From positions 1,200,001-1,232,000 of the forward strand of contig NC_022349.1 of assembly GCF_000354175.2 (NCBI RefSeq): a stretch of DNA of 32,000 nucleotides, in the 5' to 3' direction. The DNA comes from Vibrio alginolyticus NBRC 15630 = ATCC 17749. GTDB lineage: Bacteria > Pseudomonadota > Gammaproteobacteria > Enterobacterales > Vibrionaceae. Each line of letters begins with the position of its first letter. Position 1 is the first letter of the stretch. Positions 28,288 through 32,000 of the stretch are shown here, one piece after another. The position numbers were made by a program, and so were the translations under genes. The notes beneath the pieces are model-generated. The model ran no database searches and was not told where the DNA came from. It saw nothing but the letters and a program-made list of their open reading frames with translations.

Positions 28288-28737
28288 TTATAGCTTCTTC
28301 AAAATTGCGTCTGATGCCTCTTCGATTAAATCAAGCACCAGTTCAAAGCCATCTTCCCCACCATAATATGGGTCCGGGACTTCGTCGTAAACTGACTCAG
28401 AATGACTTAAAAATAACGATACTTTGTGTCGATACTTCAACGGACAAATATCCAATAAATCGGCCAAATTTGCTTTATCTGCGGCTAATATAAGGTCAAA
28501 CTTTTCAAAGTCATCAATGGTGACTTGGCGCGCTTGCATTCCTTTAAAAGAATAACCTCGCTGCTTTCCTGCTGCCATTGCTCTTGAATCCGGTCGGTTT
28601 CCTGCGTGGTAGTCAATTGTACCTGCCGAATCAACCTCTACTTCAACGCCTAGCTTTTGAGCTTTCGCTCTTAACACTGCCTCTCCAGTTGGTGACCGAC
28701 AAATGTTTCCCATACAAACAACAAGTATTTTCTTCAT
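28288..28737 (-). CDS. Low-molecular-weight protein-tyrosine phosphatase
   Basis: The N-terminal P-loop VCMGNICRSP (C-x5-R-S) and the DPYY general-acid motif are present. At 149 aa, the size is typical of LMW-PTPs. Confidence 0.9.
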   Translation of the reverse strand: MKKILVVCMGNICRSPTGEAVLRAKAQKLGVEVEVDSAGTIDYHAGNRPDSRAMAAGKQRGYSFKGMQARQVTIDDFEKFDLILAADKANLADLLDICPLKYRHKVSLFLSHSESVYDEVPDPYYGGEDGFELVLDLIEEASDAILKKL

Positions 28738-28854
28738 TTTATTCCCTGAATTATCGGTGGTTTTTCTTCACGATATGTTGGTCTATCATAGCGAGATAAA
28801 TCAATGAACCCAAATTAGCTTGGGCACAGCACGAAAAGGAATTGAGGAAGTATT

Positions 28855-29460
28855 ATGTCTATCGAAGAAAATAAAGAAGCACGCCATAAAGCTCGCCAAC
28901 AAAAAGTCAAAGAACAGGTAGACGCAAAAATCGCTGCTGCTCAAGAGGAAAAAGGTCTGCTACTGATCATTACCGGAAATGGTAAAGGTAAATCGACATC
29001 AGGATTCGGTACGATCGCACGCGCAGTGGGTCATGGTTTGAATTGTGCTGTCGCGCAGTTTATTAAAGGTACTTGGGACAACGGAGAGCGCAACCTACTT
29101 GAGAAACTCGGCGTTGAATTCCAAGTAATGGCAACCGGCTTTACGTGGGAAACTCAAAACAAAGCCGCTGATACCGAAGCAGCGCAAGGCGTATGGCAAG
29201 AATGTAAGCGCATGCTGCAAGACGACTCTATCGATGTCATCTTGTTTGACGAGCTAACTTATATGGTGAGCTACGGCTACATCGACTTAGACGAAGTGGT
29301 CGAAGCACTGAGCAACAGACCTAAAATGCAGTCGGTTATTATTACTGGGCGTGGCGCACATCGAACCCTGATTGAAATGGCCGATACCGTTTCTGAAGTG
29401 AAAAATGTAAAGCACGCATTTGAATCTGGCGTAAAAGCCCTCAAAGGCGTCGATTGGTAA
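28855..29460 (+). CDS. btuR: Cob(I)yrinic acid a,c-diamide (corrinoid) adenosyltransferase
   Basis: Collinear with E. coli BtuR/CobA: TGNGKGK-T, RAVGHG, VAQFIKGTW-NGERNLL, FQVMATGFTW-TQN, DELTYMV, VIITGRG, and KHAF-xGVKA. GAGGAAG SD. Confidence 0.93.
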   Translation: MSIEENKEARHKARQQKVKEQVDAKIAAAQEEKGLLLIITGNGKGKSTSGFGTIARAVGHGLNCAVAQFIKGTWDNGERNLLEKLGVEFQVMATGFTWETQNKAADTEAAQGVWQECKRMLQDDSIDVILFDELTYMVSYGYIDLDEVVEALSNRPKMQSVIITGRGAHRTLIEMADTVSEVKNVKHAFESGVKALKGVDW

Positions 29461-29477
29461 CACTCGCAGAGTAATTT

Positions 29478-29507
29478 AAAAAGGGTTGGCAAAATGCCAA
29501 CCCTTTT
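29478..29507. terminator. Bidirectional terminator (btuR / asmA convergent junction)
   Basis: AAAAA-GGGTTGGC (29483-90) - AAAAT - GCCAACCC (29496-503) - TTTT. Confidence 0.8.
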
Positions 29508-29522
29508 GATTTTCACGCACGG

Positions 29523-31610
29523 TTAGTTGAAAAGATTCTTCAATAAACCATCGACCGCATCTTTGGTTTTCTCGTCTTTGATTTTGTCCGTTAGCTTCTC
29601 CACGCCACGATCGATTTCTTTTTGAGCTTTCTGCTTCAGAACATCATCGAATACGAGCTTGAATTTAGGATCTGCCCACTTACCAGACACATTGATTGGA
29701 ATCGTGATGTCTTTCAGCTCATCTATATCTTTACCGCCCTGGCCTTCTAGGCTGCCTACAACTGACGTGCTGATAGTAAAGTCGACTGTTTCATTGATGT
29801 AGTTTGCGGTACCTTTACCACGAACACGTAACAATGGAGACTGAGCTTGCATATTATCCGTTGATACAACACCTTTGTTGAGTTTCAATGTCGCCGTCAT
29901 CGCACTGAAGTCTGTTTTCTTAGCTACATTGGTGCCTTCAACTTTTTGCCCTTTAAATTTCGCATAGTTTTCACGAATCAACTGAGCAACGTTGATGCCA
30001 TTCACCGCACCGTCAGCAAAATTGATAACAACCGTACCAGATAGATTCTTCTTGATACCGGTAGGCGTGAGACTCTTACCTGTAACATTCACATCAATGT
30101 TACCTGTCCCTTCAAGTTTGTCGTTTTCAGCAACGTCTATAAGTAGCGGTTGAACTTTCACGCCTTTGATTGACTTTTTAACACTGTAAGTCGCTGGTGA
30201 TTGGCGTGCATCTAACTTCGCTGTCGCTGAGATTGAGCCTTGGTACAACTTCGAACTAAAAGATGTAAGCTCAAACACGCCACGATTTACAGTGAAGCTC
30301 GTTTTTACCGCTTCCATCTTCGCATTTGCCGCTTTGAATTTGTCGATGGTAATGTCACCCTTTACATCTAACGTTTTCAACGCAGACAAATCAGGCTCAA
30401 CCTCAGGTCCGGCAGGAGCACTCTCGCCACCAGAAGCAGGCTTATTACCTTCGGCAGCTTGCTTATCTAACCCTAAGAACTCATCAAGATCGATATTGGG
30501 GCTATGGAGAGCAAAGCGTACTTTAGGAATATCACCGAGTGCCACATCAGCCTTACCATCTAAGGCGATAGCATTCGCTGTTAACTTCTCTAGAACAAAA
30601 CTCAGATGGTTTTTCGTTAGGTCGAAAGACAGATCAGACACCATGTCGACTTTCATCGGGGACTGAGGTAAAGCATCACCCTCAAAAGTCGATTTAAGAG
30701 TTAACTTATCCAACTGTACTTTGCTGATAGCCTTGTCCACGCTAAGTTGACCAGCACCCTGCATATCTAACTTCATACCACCAGCGTCACCCTTAATGGC
30801 ATAAGTCAGGTTATTTACTTTATCGAATTCAAACGTGTCTAAACCGATCGTTGCCGATTCAATTTTATTGGCAGGGTCAGAGTATGTCGCATCAAAGTTG
30901 ATGTTCTTTAGCGCGTAGTTTGCCAAACCTTTTTCTAGCTTAAAGTCTGCCTGACCTTTCGCGGTGAACTTTTGGTCGTTCATTTCGCCCTTCACGCCAA
31001 AATCAGCCGTTGTCCAGTTGTCAAAAGCGAATTCGGAAAGGTTTAATGAAATATCATAAAGTTTGGTGTAACTACCGGCTTGCTTATCCTGCATTTCTAA
31101 TGAACCGTTAGAAACCGTAACGCCAGCAAGATTAATACTCCAATCAGAACCAGAAGTTTGCGTTTCACCATTTTGCGTAGGCGCAGCATTGTTCTCTTGT
31201 TCTGCTTGTTGTGTTTGGGCTTTCGTCAATGCATCAATATTCTTGCTGCCATCTTTCTTGGTTTCAATGTAGAACTCAGCACCATCAAGCGTGACGTTTC
31301 CAATTTCAAGCTGTTGACTAAAAAGTGGCATAACAGAGATGTCTACACCAACGGTATCAACTTTGAATAAATTGGGTTTACTAAAGCCTTGTGGGTTTCG
31401 CAATTCTGTATGTCCCAACTCAAAGCCAATTGATGGGAAAAATTGCCAACTGATATCCCCTTCAATCACCAACTCTAATCCCGTTTGCTTTTGCGCTTGC
31501 TCAACAATAAGGGGTTTAAACTGATTCGGATTGACGAAGATGGTTAACGCTAAAATTGCGACCAAAATGACCACAATCGGTATTGCTAGAATTAAGAGCA
31601 GTTTCTTCAT
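29523..31610 (-). CDS. asmA: AsmA-family outer-membrane assembly / lipid-transport protein
   Basis: N-terminal TM anchor followed by FNPNQFKP-I, which is typical of AsmA. A long repetitive beta-rich periplasmic region follows. C-terminal blocks (G-x-NG-N-AQLIR, LNKGV, P-L-V-G-G, I-P-x-VSG-W-xPKF) are AsmA-like. The position next to udk is partly syntenic with E. coli. Confidence 0.88.
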   Translation of the reverse strand: MKKLLLILAIPIVVILVAILALTIFVNPNQFKPLIVEQAQKQTGLELVIEGDISWQFFPSIGFELGHTELRNPQGFSKPNLFKVDTVGVDISVMPLFSQQLEIGNVTLDGAEFYIETKKDGSKNIDALTKAQTQQAEQENNAAPTQNGETQTSGSDWSINLAGVTVSNGSLEMQDKQAGSYTKLYDISLNLSEFAFDNWTTADFGVKGEMNDQKFTAKGQADFKLEKGLANYALKNINFDATYSDPANKIESATIGLDTFEFDKVNNLTYAIKGDAGGMKLDMQGAGQLSVDKAISKVQLDKLTLKSTFEGDALPQSPMKVDMVSDLSFDLTKNHLSFVLEKLTANAIALDGKADVALGDIPKVRFALHSPNIDLDEFLGLDKQAAEGNKPASGGESAPAGPEVEPDLSALKTLDVKGDITIDKFKAANAKMEAVKTSFTVNRGVFELTSFSSKLYQGSISATAKLDARQSPATYSVKKSIKGVKVQPLLIDVAENDKLEGTGNIDVNVTGKSLTPTGIKKNLSGTVVINFADGAVNGINVAQLIRENYAKFKGQKVEGTNVAKKTDFSAMTATLKLNKGVVSTDNMQAQSPLLRVRGKGTANYINETVDFTISTSVVGSLEGQGGKDIDELKDITIPINVSGKWADPKFKLVFDDVLKQKAQKEIDRGVEKLTDKIKDEKTKDAVDGLLKNLFN

Positions 31611-31725
31611 TTGTTTTTCCTTGCTCGAGTGTTTTTACAATTATAAGCGCAGACTCCATTTGCCGCTGACAGTTCCACAAAAGCGTGAAAAGTGTCTGGT
31701 TTTAACCTGCAACTGACTAATTTAA

Positions 31726-31762
31726 AAACAAAAAAAGAAGTGGCACTTAAGGTGCCACTTCT
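31726..31762 (-). terminator. Rho-independent terminator of udk
   Basis: AGAAGTGGCAC (31736-46) pairs with GTGCCACTTCT (31752-62) around loop TTAAG. On the minus strand it is followed by TTTTTTTGTTTTT. It lies about 37 nt after the udk stop. Confidence 0.8.
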
Positions 31763-31798
31763 TCTCCTAAAAATAAAGCGATATAGCCGTCTATAGGC

Positions 31799-32000
31799 TT
31801 AAGCTTTCAAAAGTCTTGCAATGTGAGCTTTTAATACATCAATTGCGATACGGTTTTTACCACCGCGAGGAACAATAATGTCCGCATATTGCTTAGAAGG
31901 TTCGATAAACTGCATGAACATCGGACGTACTGTTTGTTGGTATTGCTTAAGAACAGACTCCATAGTTCGGCCTCGCTCTTCCACATCACGCTTAACACGG
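31799..32000 (-). CDS. udk: Uridine/cytidine kinase, C-terminal part (truncated by window edge)
   Basis: The C-terminus ERGR-M-SV--QYQ-TVRPMF[29 protein letters not shown] matches E. coli Udk. The frame stays open to the window end. Confidence 0.9.
   Translation of the reverse strand, partial: RVKRDVEERGRTMESVLKQYQQTVRPMFMQFIEPSKQYADIIVPRGGKNRIAIDVLKAHIARLLKA

Noticed and set aside
28738-28854. Cobalamin riboswitch upstream of btuR.
   Set aside because: The gap is only 117 bp and shared with a divergent promoter. I found no B12-box-like sequence or multi-stem architecture. There is only a trivial 5-bp hairpin (CCCAA/TTGGG).
1-32000. Search for mobile elements, CRISPR arrays, defence islands, toxin-antitoxin pairs, tRNA/rRNA genes or integration scars.
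   Set aside because: No transposase, integrase or phage-like ORF, no direct-repeat/spacer array, no tRNA-like sequence and no flanking direct repeats were seen. Every large ORF has a clear housekeeping identity, and the gene order matches E. coli from ptsG to rne. I therefore do not claim a novel system.

Overview
This window looks like a conserved housekeeping block from a Vibrio-like gammaproteobacterial chromosome. The taxon is inferred from protein sequences and gene order and is not verified. I can support 30 protein-coding genes: 28 by clear family or ortholog-level similarity, plus 2 very small ORFs that are absent from the ORF track. Left to right: mlc(-), pykA(+), a YjjU-like patatin phospholipase(-) preceded by an untracked 30-aa membrane ORF, a beta-barrel OMP(+), an NSS-family Na+ symporter(+) with an overlapping 31-aa MetS-like small subunit, and a small OMP(-). 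Next comes a 12.5-kb minus-strand run of 14 genes: ptsG, ycfH, holB, tmk, mltG, pabC, fabF, acpP, fabG, fabD, fabH, plsX, rpmF (56 aa, untracked) and yceD. After that: yceF/maf(+), rluC(-), rne(+, 1024 aa, behind a roughly 480-bp leader region), a SulP/STAS anion transporter(+), a low-molecular-weight protein-tyrosine phosphatase(-), btuR/cobA(+), asmA(-) and the 3' end of udk(-). The ptsG-to-rne order is the same as in E. coli K-12. Almost every operon end and convergent junction carries a clean, often bidirectional, rho-independent terminator hairpin. I saw no rRNA, tRNA, CRISPR array, transposase, integrase, phage gene or recognisable defence or toxin-antitoxin module, and I find no evidence for a novel multi-gene system here. 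The items worth a second look are small. They are two sub-60-aa membrane ORFs, a possible uORF, a CA-rich tract in a 570-bp gap, candidate Mlc/CRP operators, a strong terminator sitting 30 nt before pabC, a structured rne leader, and internal duplications in the RNase E scaffold domain, including a doubled PEMAMGKV microdomain.
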